A stretch of DNA of 33,382 bases from Octopus bimaculoides (Eukaryota), in assembly GCF_001194135.2 (NCBI RefSeq), contig NC_068987.1, positions 99,199,636-99,233,017 of the forward strand, in the 5' to 3' direction. Shown piece after piece: positions 23,870-33,382 of the stretch (positions are counted from its first letter, which is position 1; every line of letters starts with the position of its first letter). The position numbers were made by a program, and so were the translations under genes. The notes beneath the pieces were generated by a model. The model worked only from the letters and a program-made list of their open reading frames with translations, was not told the origin of the DNA and did no database searches.

Positions 23870-24100
23870 TGCATATATTAAAAAATTAACAGAATGAGAT
23901 AAAAATCCAAGGCAATAAAGATTTCAGAACATTTATAAATATAAGATCTTACAGCTGTTTGCGGGATATTTTATATATCCTTTCATCGGAGACGGTGTGA
24001 GAATATGGTTAAGCAATAGTTATTCTAGATAAGATATGAAATAGAGAGTAAAGTGGAGGAATGAAAATAGACTTGAGACATGCAGGGAAATATTTTCTTC
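23870..24100 (-). repeat. PLE pseudo-LTR, 5' copy (direct repeat of 20921-21149)
   Basis: Collinear with 20921-21149 over ~230 nt. Confidence 0.93.
23946..23993 (-). ncRNA. Minimal type I hammerhead-like motif in the second pLTR (GAAA strand mutated)
   Basis: Minus: gtct CCGATGA aa ggatat-ataaa-atatcc c gcaa acagctgt A agat. Confidence 0.6.
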
Positions 24101-25039
24101 GGAGTATGTTAGAAAAATATATTGAAATAAAGTGTAAAGTATATACCAGCCTCAAAGCTGGTGTCATGGAAAATCTTCCTTTCGCCAATGTTAGCAGCTA
24201 ATACAGAGAACTAAGGTGCCTGTTGCTTAGTAATAACAGTAATATCATTCCTTTTAGTTAAGAATATAGAGAGCAGATTTATGATGGATAGGCATTGGAC
24301 AACTAGAGGAAAATGGAAGAAGATAAAAATCGAGAAGTGTTACAACTACGATGAAAAGTCGATGCTTTTTGCAGAGAAAGGCTTCATGTATTATGAAGGA
24401 TAACTCATCCGCAATCAAGAGAACTCTGCTTCCTCCGGAATGTAATAAAATTAGCAACCGTTTCCAAGGCTAACAATAATATAACAGATCTATCAATTAA
24501 TTATCCGTTATCTTGCCACCGAGATGCGGATCTTGGAGGAGATCTGATCATACATCAAACGGCATACAAATCACAGAATATTAGAATAAATTTCAGACAG
24601 TCATGAATACAAGCTATTTGTCAACGATCAATAGGGCTTCGTTCCTCACCTGACCAGTGTACACACAGCGTTAAATATATGGTTCTTACGGAAGATTGTG
24701 AAATCTCTAACCAAGAACGTTTGAGGAAAGAAGTAGAGTGGTTGCTTAATCAGGAGTGTGAGGCACTTGATGAATAGAGTTTGTGGATAGTTACATATGT
24801 TTCATTGCTTAATAGCTTGTTTCAATAAGTACCTTTTATTATAATCTTGTAGTCTTCTCGCGCAATTAATTGTGCTTTTGATCTATAAATTTCTTCGCAG
24901 AATCCTACAGTATCTCTTTGTTATTTACTAACAGATTTAATCCATCGCACACGTATTCAGAAGTCCCTTGCGTAGCGAAACTTGTGTTATTGTATGCTCA
25001 GCGCATTTCTAGCTAATATACAAAATCCCATCATCGTTG

Positions 25040-25361
25040 TGGTAGTCGTCGTCGGCACCACCACCACCACCACCACCACCACCACNNNNNNNNNNNNNNN
25101 NNNNNNNNNNNNNNNNNNNNNNNNNNNNNNNNNNNNNNNNNNNNNNNNNNNNNNNNNNNNNNNNNNNNNNNNNNNNNNNNNNNNNNNNNNNNNNNNNNNN
25201 NNNNNNNNNNNNNNNNNNNNNNNNNNNNNNNNNNNNNNNNNNNNNNNNNNNNNNNNNNNNNNNNNNNNNNNNNNNNNNNNNNNNNNNNNNNNNNNNNNNN
25301 NNNNNNNNNNNNNNNNNNNNNNNNNNNNNNNNNNNNNNNNTTCTTCTTCTTCTTCTTCTTC

Positions 25362-25410
<49 letters not shown>
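25040..25410. repeat. Compound triplet microsatellite (GTC/CAC)n - gap - (TTC)n(TAA)n
   Basis: Directly visible. Confidence 0.95.
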
Positions 25411-25411
<1 letters not shown>

Positions 25412-25470
25412 TCAAATTACGACAAACGTAAACAAACAAGCGACGCTTGTTTTAGAAGCGTTGAGATGTC

Positions 25471-25793
25471 TTTTTTTTATAGAAAGTTAAGGAAGTGATG
25501 TATAAATTCTCAATCGCAGAATAATGCTAATAATATAGCCTGAACAGGATAAACTATCCCTATTTTTGCAGAGAAAAGTGTAGGTGGCCAGCTGAGGACT
25601 CGAGTTGAGTTTAGCTTAATCGGCAAAACCATCGTCACATGTAATGACGGGGATGTGAGTTCGAGTCCACAGCTGGCCAACTACACTTTTCTCTGCAAAA
25701 ATAGGGATAGTTTATCCTGTTCAGGCTATATTATTAGCATTATTCTGCGATTGAGAATTTATACATCACTTCTTTAACTTTCTATAAAAAAAA
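25471..25793. repeat. Near-perfect long inverted repeat: 133-bp arms (25471-25603 and 25661-25793), 57-nt spacer
   Basis: Base-by-base comparison gives only 3 mismatched pairs (25491/25773, 25584/25680, 25595/25669). Confidence 0.97.
25608..25679 (+). pseudogene. tRNA-Thr(UGU)-like sequence (tRNA pseudogene or SINE head) with a 5'-truncated acceptor stem
   Basis: A box TAGCTTAATCGG (25612-25623); anticodon stem CGTCA/TGACG with 7-nt loop CATGTAA (TGT at 25640-25642; position 33 is A, not U); 5-nt variable region; T arm GTGAG-TTCGAGT-C(-)CAC with B box GTTCGAGTCC (25659-25668); inner acceptor pairs AGTT/AGCT; TTTT at 25687-25690 positioned as a Pol III terminator. Confidence 0.7.
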
Positions 25794-25834
25794 ATAATAA
25801 TATTAATAATCATAATAATAATAATAATAATAAT

Positions 25835-26020
25835 ACACGACTTACAAATATATATAACACAGAAAATTGCACTACTAGGGACTGCACACATCCTACGCAA
25901 AACACTTTCAATGCAGTAACCATAAGAGCATCACAGCAAACCACAGCACATGCCCAAGGCACACAGAGCTGCGCTCGGTAGTGAAGTGAAAGCACGTTAT
26001 AAAAATAAAACTACTGAACA
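25835..26020 (+). mobile_element. R4/Dong-like LINE family A, extreme 3' fragment, within (TAA)n
   Basis: (L)TNIYN.QKIALLGTAHILRKTLSMQ* plus a 3' UTR ending aaaactactgaac, then aataataa; (TAA)n also lies upstream. Confidence 0.88.
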
Positions 26021-26029
26021 ATAATAANN

Positions 26030-26176
<147 letters not shown>

Positions 26177-27075
26177 AATCCAGACTAAACTGCAGCAGCA
26201 GAGGATCATGTTAGAACGATGGCAAGGAAAGCACCTTCATTGCAAATATTGGGTTAAACTAAAGAGAAAAGAAGACGAAGCAAAATCCCTACAATGGCTG
26301 AGAAGCTCAGTACCCAAAGCATAGACTGAAGGATTTTAAACTACAAAGCCTTCCCACTAGAAATTACCAAAAAAAAAAAAACATTTAATGAAAAGAAATA
26401 CAAGTAACTGCAGAATATGTGGAGATGGGGAAGAAACAATAAATCATATTGTCTCTAGCTGCTCAGTCCAGGCTAAGAAGGAATATATTCACATACACGA
26501 CAGAGCTGGGACCTATACACACTGGAAGCTATGCCAACACTATGGGATAATAACAGAAAAACACATTGTATAGGCACACGCCAGAAAAGGTTACAGAAAA
26601 GGAGAAAGCAACCATACTATGAGATATGCCAATACACAAGGACAGAAAATTTAAGGCCAACAAGCCGGATATAGTTGTCACAGACCACCAAGAAAAAATG
26701 CTTTCTAATCGATCTATCAATACCAACAGGGGACTATGTTCCCCTAAACGAAACGGAGAAACATTCAAAATACAAAGATCTTGACATAGAGGTAAATCTA
26801 ATGTGGAGCCTAAAACTAGGAGCAATTCTTATCAAAGTAGGCGCATTAGGTATGATAAAAAAAAATAATCAGACACATATAGGAGAAATACACCAGCACT
26901 AACAAGTATATATATATAACACAGAAAATAACTCTACTAGGCACCGCACACATCCTACATAAAACACATTCAATACAATAAAAATAAGAGCATCACAACA
27001 AATCACAATACATACCCAAGACACAGAGAGCTGCACTCGGTAGTGCAGTGAAAGCACGTGATAAAAATAAGACTA

Positions 27076-27080
<5 letters not shown>
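26177..27080 (+). mobile_element. R4/Dong-like LINE family A, 5'-truncated (CCHC knuckle plus restriction-like endonuclease), decayed
   Basis: WQGKHLH; CRICGDGEETINHIVSSC (CCHC); HDRAGTYTHWKLC; KANKPDIVV..DLSIP...ETEKHSKYKDL (PD-(D/E)xK type); VGALG; 3' end ctactgaa followed by (TAA)n. Confidence 0.92.

Positions 27081-27129
<49 letters not shown>
27081..27129. repeat. (TAA)n microsatellite
   Basis: Directly visible. Confidence 0.97.
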
Positions 27130-27159
27130 CTTCTAATATTATTCATAATAATAATCTCC

Positions 27160-27822
27160 TCTGCATGAGAATAATAGAATCAGCAAAAATAACGGCGTAA
27201 ATGAGTATGGAAATATAGGTGACGGACTTTTGCCCTGCAGGTACCCTGTGGGTGAGCAGCACTTGCCCGGTCGTCATTATACGGCTGCTAGAATTAAATG
27301 TGCCAGGACAATGCATATAGCTGTCATGGAACGTTATTATTTGAACAGACCCTCTGATAATGAAGGGATACACATAAGGAGATATAGAAAGAAGGTGTAT
27401 AACGTATAAATGGAGAAGCAGGGTTCAGATATTATGGAACAGACACTCTGTCAGCAGATAAGCGCAATAAGTTAGAAAGGGTGGCAAACAATACAAGAGC
27501 TCGATGAGATTAGGAGGAGGGTGTTGACCGAAAATACCGTGAGCGATGCAGGAGTAGATATAGAGAATGCTGACAATGTTGCACTTAATGAGAGTTACCA
27601 GGAGAAGTATAATGTTTCAAGACCTAGTTGTAGAGAAAGGTTAAATAATAAAGAAAATGAGCTATCGAAAGCAATGAGCAAAACCTGGCTATAGAAATAA
27701 ATGGATTTAAGAAAGTAGGCACAATTATGCTCATGGGGTTGACTCTTACGGTGAATATGATACTGAAAGAAATGAAGACATAATATAACGGGATCGAATT
27801 AATAGATTAAAGCCTGCATCAT
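27160..27822 (+). mobile_element. N-terminal (5') portion of an R4/Dong-like LINE ORF, family B
   Basis: One frame with few stops: ARIKCARTMHIAVMERYYLNRP...IRRYRKKVYNV*MEKQG..IMEQTLCQQISAIS*KGWQTIQELDEIRRRV, later FKKVG...VNMILKEMKT..NITGSN..IKA. This matches the recalled pattern KW..EN..VMECYY..P..RGYR..M..W..EQRL.DQ..I..GW..ELE.I of the N-termini of these elements. Confidence 0.65.
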
Positions 27823-27854
27823 CTATAATTACAACAACAACGACGTCGACGACG

Positions 27855-27896
<42 letters not shown>
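27855..27896. repeat. (ATT)n, the 3' tail/target of the minus-strand LINE copy
   Basis: Directly visible. Confidence 0.97.
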
Positions 27897-28635
27897 GTTC
27901 AGTAGTTTTATTTTTATAACGTGCTTTCACTTCACTACCGAGCGCAGCTCTGTGCGCCTTGGGTATGTGCTGTGGTTTGCTGTGGTGCTCTTTTGGTTAC
28001 TGTATTAAAAGTGTTTTGCGCTGGATGTGTGCAGTGCTCAGTAGTGCAATTTTCTGTATGTTATATATATTTGTTAGTCCTGGTGTTTTTGTTATGTATT
28101 TGTCTGAATATTTTTTTATTGTGCCTAAGGCACCCACTATGATAGGAATTGTTTCTGTTTTTAGATTCCACATTCGAGTTACCTCTATTTCCAGGTCTTT
28201 GTATTTTGAAAGTTTCTCCATTTATTTTAGGGAAACGTTGGCATTTGCAGGTATTGATACATCAATTAGAAAGCATTTTTTTTCCTTCATGATCTTTGAC
28301 AACTATATCAGGTCTATTGGTCTTAATTTCTCCATCTTTGTGTATTGGCATATCCCAGAGTATGGTTGCTTTCTCGTTTTCTGTGACCTTTTCTGGCGTG
28401 AGTCTATACCATCTTTTTTCTGTTGGTATTCCATAGTGTTGGCATAGCTTCCAGTGTATATAAGTCCCAGCTCTGTCGTGTCTATGAATATATTCCTTCT
28501 CTAGCCAGGACTGGGCAGCCAGAGATAATATGATTTATTGTTTCTTGTCCATCGCCACATATTCTGCAGTTACTTGTTATACTTCTTTTCATTATATGTT
28601 TTCGGTAATTTCTGGTGGGGAGGCTTTGGTCTTGT

Positions 28636-28637
<2 letters not shown>
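27897..28637 (-). mobile_element. R4/Dong-like LINE family A, 5'-truncated, flanked on both sides by (TAA)n
   Basis: Minus: QDQSLPTRNYRKHIMK...NCRICGDGQETINHIISGCPVLA(fs)..RHDRAGTYIHWKLCQHYG..WY..TPEKVTENEKATILWDMPIH..IKTNRPDIVV..CFLIDVSIP..*MEKLSKYKDLEIEVTRMWNLKTETIPIIVGALG...QKIALLSTAHI. Confidence 0.95.

Positions 28638-28729
<92 letters not shown>
28638..28729. repeat. (ATT)n microsatellite
   Basis: Directly visible. Confidence 0.98.
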
Positions 28730-28761
28730 CTCTCTCTTCTACTTACTTTTTTACTCCTTCA

Positions 28762-30134
28762 TTTAATACTCCCAAAACGTGCTACGATGGTGATGAGACG
28801 AGAAAAGCTTATCAGGTTTGAAAGCAAATTATTGGCATGTGGTGAAATGATGAAGGCAATTCAACATCAATCCAGTTATATATACCTGCGAATACTCGAG
28901 GCAGATGGAATCAAACACCACGACCCGAAAGAAAAGACAAAAAAGAAGTATCTGCGGCGAGTGAGAGAGATATTGGCTTCAAAGCTGGATGCAAGAAACA
29001 TAATTTCGAAATAAACCCGCGCACAGTCGCAATAGTTCGGTATGGCGTTGGAATCCTGAAGTAGATAGAAGAGGAGCTAAAGGAGATGTACAGGAAGTCA
29101 AGAAAGCTCCTAATGATGCATTGAGACCATTATTCACGTGCAGACACTGGATCACCTATACATGAAGAGAGCAGTTGGATGAAGGGGACTGATAAGTGTG
29201 GAAGACTGCATGCGTATCCAACTAGAGAGATTAATGAGCTTCTTAGCCCAAAGTATTGCGAGCAGAGAAAAAAGGTTACACAACGGAAGAACTACAAAAT
29301 TGACATGAAGAAGAATTAGTCAAGAATGGACTACACAACCATTTCCATATAGCCACAATAGAAGTTGCTGGCATTGGCTGATGAAAGGAATACTAAAAAA
29401 GAGACGGACAGCACTATAGTGGCAGTGCAATACCAAACTTTAGCCACGAACTGGAGGGTCGCCTTATGAATGGGCAAGTGTCTCCGTTGTACCGCATCTG
29501 GAATAGAGTGGATGAAACCATTGTCCATATCACGAACGAATGGCCTAGATTTGCCGAAAACCAATATAAGGTGTGGCGACACGACCAGGTAGCGAAAGTG
29601 CTCCACTAGAAACTGTGCGAGAAATGGGGCATAGAGAGAGGCAAGACGTGGTATAAGCACAAACCGCAGAGAGTGGGGTAGTCAACAAAATCCTCTGGGA
29701 TTTTGCAATCCAGACACATCACGTGCTAGAGCATAATAAACTGGACCTAGAGTTGGTGGACAAGGTGCACGACGTATGCTATATATTTGATGTTTCATGC
29801 CCGTTTGACCCAAGAATAGTTAAGAAGGAAGGCGAAAAGATAGATAAATACAACCCTCTTAAGTACAAAATAGACCGGCTATGAACAATGAAGAAGGTGA
29901 AGATAGTAACAATTATTGCCGGGCTCGCAGGAACAGAATCAGAAAGCATCAGCAATTGCAATAGAGTGCCCAGTAGAACTGTTACAGAAGGTCTGACTCC
30001 TTGGAACGGCCAAAATAATCAGGAGAGTATTTGAAAGCTGAAAAGAGCGAATAGCATGGTACCGAAAGTTGAAGGTAGTAAGCCCGCTACGCATGGAAGA
30101 CTGCAGGAGCTCCAACAAAACATGTAATAAAAAG
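28762..30134 (+). mobile_element. R4/Dong-like LINE family B, 3' half (RT end/thumb, degenerate zinc knuckle, RLE), decayed, ending at (TAA)n
   Basis: PKRATMVMRREKL...SSYIYLRILEADGIKHH...YLRRVREILASKLDARNII; HLYMKRAVG*RGLISVEDC; WHWLMKGILKKETDSTIVAVQYQTL; RHDQVAKVLH*KLC; ILWDFAIQT..HNKLDL..FDVSCPFD..KEGEKIDKY; LLGTAKIIRRV*. The 3' UTR ends aataaaaag then (ATA)n. Confidence 0.9.
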
Positions 30135-30350
30135 ATAATAATAATAATAACAACAACAGCAACGACAACAACAACAATAATAAGAATTGTAATTTGGGTA
30201 TCATGGTGTCAAATCTGAATTATGCTGCTACTACTACTGCTCCTCCACCTCCTCCTCCTCCTCCTCCTCCTCCTCCTACTACTACTGCTGCTGCTACTAC
30301 TACTACTGCTGCTACTACTACTGCTACCACTACTACTGCTGCTGCTGCTG

Positions 30351-30423
<73 letters not shown>

Positions 30424-30452
30424 AACTACTACTACTACTACTACTACTAGTA
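30135..30452. repeat. Compound triplet microsatellites (TAA/CAA)n and (CCT)n(CTA)n(CTG)n
   Basis: Directly visible; source of the poly-P/T, poly-S and poly-L ORFs. Confidence 0.96.
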
Positions 30453-32209
30453 ACAGCTTTCTTTTGCATTTATGTTTGACGCGTAATTCAGATATGACTC
30501 CATGATGCTAAAATTACAATTCTTTCTACTTAACCGAAACGCAAGAACATCGTGAAGAATGAGAATTTTTGAAACAGCTTCCATTTTCTTACAAAAAAAA
30601 CTAGTAATGAAATCAATACAGAATATTAATTGCAATAAAAACACCATTCCATTACCAAACAGTTTCGAGAACATATATAATTGAGGATTTTGCTATTTAA
30701 AACACGATGGGAGAGATTTGTAGTAAAGGCGTTCCATCTGTGACTACAACATCATACCCGTTTCCTCAAGATATTTCGAGTTTACACTTGCCAGTGAGGT
30801 TCAATTGTTGTTAATGCAAATTGGGCATACATTTCAGTGCTTGTTTGGTTTCTGTTTAAAGCCATATTAGTGAATGTTGATCTGATCTAATCTTAGCTAG
30901 ATTGTAACCGTTGTAATTGGGTGTAAATTATTTTGGATATAAGTCGTAATCTATATAATTTCTTCCTTTCTTTAAAATAGACTGTAATTTAACAAAAATT
31001 TAAATCTGTATCTAACATAACAACTGGAAATCATATCTCATCTCATGGTACTGGCCACGAGGTACGGTGGTCAGGTGGTTGTATACCATCAAGTTCATGC
31101 AAGTATTAATAGGCTATACCCCACCTTGCTGGGAAAACTTCATCTTTCACCAGTTTAATGTAAGTCTGGATATGCTGTCTGCAACCAAACCTAGTCTTTA
31201 TCCACTGCAGATCCCGTCCAAATCTAGGCCCCTCGATCGAACAACAAAAATTGCCTCTTGACTGTATGGACCTATTACTTCCCAACGAATTGGATACTCC
31301 TATATCCGAACTAGCGTAATATTACCGTGGCGTCATCCACGTATGCAGACACAACAACTATCTCGTGATCCAGTTCAAGCGGGATGCTTTTAACTGTCCA
31401 CTGTCAGAAAGAATTACTTGAAATCTAAAGAATATATGAGAGTGACGAGGACATCATTGAATGTTCCAGCGCTCAATGCAAAACTGTTCCTTAAAGTAGT
31501 TCTTTAATTTCATAAATGAAAAACAAAATTAGGATGTACATTGTAATGATTCATCTTCGGGTGATCGAAACGAAATTGACCTTATCAAAAGTTTAAATTG
31601 ATTCAAATTGATCACTGCCCCACCAAACTGAGACGTGTTCCCAACCCACTATATTGTGATTTCTCTCAAGTGTTGAAGTCTGATGAACCGGGTAAAAAAA
31701 TAATTGCGATTGTCTCACTATATTTGGACGACAACATTGCGTAGATTTAGAGATGTAATGATTTGAAACATGCTTTATTTGTCAGTGTGATGAATATATA
31801 TATGGGGGTATGTATGTATATATGTTTGTATGTGTGTGTTTGTGTGTACGTGTGCGCGTGCGTGTGTAACCGTGTGTGTGTGTGTTTGTGTGTGTGGGGA
31901 TATTGCATTAATGTTTTCTGTGACATGCAGACATATCGGTTTTCATCCTGATAAAAGATATCCTATCTGGCATTTCCATTAAGAATGGCAGCGGAGAGCT
32001 GATTACTGAAATACAGGATAAAGTAGATATGAATGGTATGTAACTTCCAAATTTGCATATTAAAAATATGATACAGTTATACCAGCTAGGAAAATTGTTA
32101 TCTTTGTCAGTAGAAAGCTGAGGACATGGAATGATCCAGATTGTCAAAGCCATAGGTAAATGCACGTGTATGTTTCTAAGAGTGTATAGGTGTATGCCAG
32201 TGAGATATT

Positions 32210-32339
32210 TGCATGCATACATACATACATACATACATACAGACAGACAGACAGACATACAAACAGACAGACAGACAAACAGACACTCTCACACACACAT
32301 ATAAATACACACACACATATAAATACACACACACACACA

Positions 32340-32381
<42 letters not shown>

Positions 32382-32508
32382 NNNNNNNNNNNNNNNNNNN
32401 NNNNNNNNNNNNNNNNNNNNNNNNNNNNNNNNNNNNNNNNNNNNNNNNNNNNNNNNNNNNNNNNNNNNNNNNNNNNNNNNNNNNNNNNNNNNNNNNNNNN
32501 NNNNNNNN

Positions 32509-32561
<53 letters not shown>
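32210..32561. repeat. Compound (CATA)n(CAGA)n(CA)n - gap - (TA)n microsatellite
   Basis: Directly visible. Confidence 0.96.
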
Positions 32562-32564
<3 letters not shown>

Positions 32565-33102
32565 TAAGGGCAAAAAGAAAGAACTTCTTTGCCGATATGC
32601 TGAAAACTGGACGCTAAATCGTCTAACCACATAAAAAATATTTTCATTTATATTATTACACAACATGTCGAAACGAGAAATGGAAGCTAACAAAAATTGA
32701 TAAAAATATAGTTATCGCGCAAACATAGAAAATTGTAGATATTAAAGTTTCAAAATTCACCAAAGATGATCTTGTGTATGTCCGAACAGAGAAAACTGTA
32801 GTGTTCTTACAATAGAAAGGATGATTAGCTTTTCGAGTACTTCCGGAGAAAGGAAAGGATAGGTTTTCACACAAGTTGTAGATATGAAAAAAAATTAAAG
32901 CTGATCATGTGTTTATTTGAAAACTGTAGATATGTTTCTTAATTTATTTTAAGGAAAATTTAAAATACTTACAGGAAATTTTAGATATTCCCGTCTTTGA
33001 GAGTCATTTTTCAGTTGTCCTGCTGTGTTGTATCTGAGTTTCTGTGTCGTCCGCTTTTCACTGGTCAGAGCAGCGAAGAACACGTCCAGCCGCTGCCGAG
33101 GC

Positions 33103-33160
<58 letters not shown>
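33103..33160. repeat. (ATT)n, the tail/target of the LINE copy at the window end
   Basis: Directly visible. Confidence 0.98.
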
Positions 33161-33382
33161 GTTCAGTAGTTTTATTTTTATAACGTGCTTTCACTTCACT
33201 ACCGAGCGCAGCTCTGTGCACCTTGGGTATGTGCTGTGGTGCTCTTATGTTTACTGTATTGAAAGTGTTTTGCGTAGAATGTGTGCAGTACCCAGTAGTG
33301 CAATTTTCTGTATGTTATATATATTTGTAAGTCCTGGTGTTTTTGTTATGTATTTGTCTGAATATTTTTTTAATTATACCTA
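33161..33382 (-). mobile_element. R4/Dong-like LINE family A 3' end, running off the window
   Basis: Near-identical to 27897-28140 (gttcagtagttttatttttataacgtgctttcacttcactaccgagcgcagctctgtgc...). Minus translation ..KYSDKYITKTPGLTNIYNIQKIALLGTAHILRKTLSIQ*. Confidence 0.95.

Larger units (their letters stand above)
20921..24100 (-). mobile_element. Penelope-like retroelement (PLE), decayed, RT N-terminal half missing, flanked by direct pseudo-LTRs
   Basis: RT remnant, thumb, linker and C-terminal GIY-YIG on the minus strand, between two ~230-bp direct repeats that contain hammerhead motifs. Stops and frameshifts throughout. Confidence 0.88.

Noticed and set aside
24250-24780. Coding-like segment next to the 5' pLTR (QIYDG, HWTTRGKWKK)
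   Set aside because: Multiple stops in all frames; resemblance to the hAT GQxYDG motif is too weak.
30194-30505. Poly-P/T, poly-S and poly-L ORFs, and similar poly-Y/I/L ORFs at 28530-28821
   Set aside because: Translations of triplet microsatellites; no coding context.
31040-31420. Moderately GC-rich segment with short open frames
   Set aside because: No recognisable domain, splice pair or RNA structure.

Overview
AT-rich, microsatellite-dense eukaryotic genomic DNA from a gapped assembly: nine N-runs, all abutting simple repeats. The repeat landscape most resembles an octopus (coleoid cephalopod) genome; this is inferred from recalled SINE families and microsatellite load, not verified by search. 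No intact host protein-coding gene, rRNA or CRISPR array can be supported, and most ORFs in the track are microsatellite, gap or antisense artefacts. The window is a graveyard of decayed mobile elements. (i) A Penelope-like element (RT remnant plus C-terminal GIY-YIG endonuclease, minus strand, about 20.9-24.1 kb) bracketed by ~230-bp direct repeats that each carry a minimal type I hammerhead-ribozyme-like motif; two more hammerhead-like relics occur elsewhere. (ii) At least four copies of an R4/Dong-like restriction-like-endonuclease LINE that all end at (TAA)n, plus pieces of a second such family. (iii) Two inverted copies of a LINE 3' end embedded in (ATCT)n. (iv) Mariner, Tc1-like and hAT-like DNA transposon relics and several tRNA-derived SINEs. 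The most unusual object is a 323-bp near-perfect palindrome (133-bp arms, 3 mismatches) at 25471-25793 built around a tRNA-Thr(UGU)-like Pol III unit.
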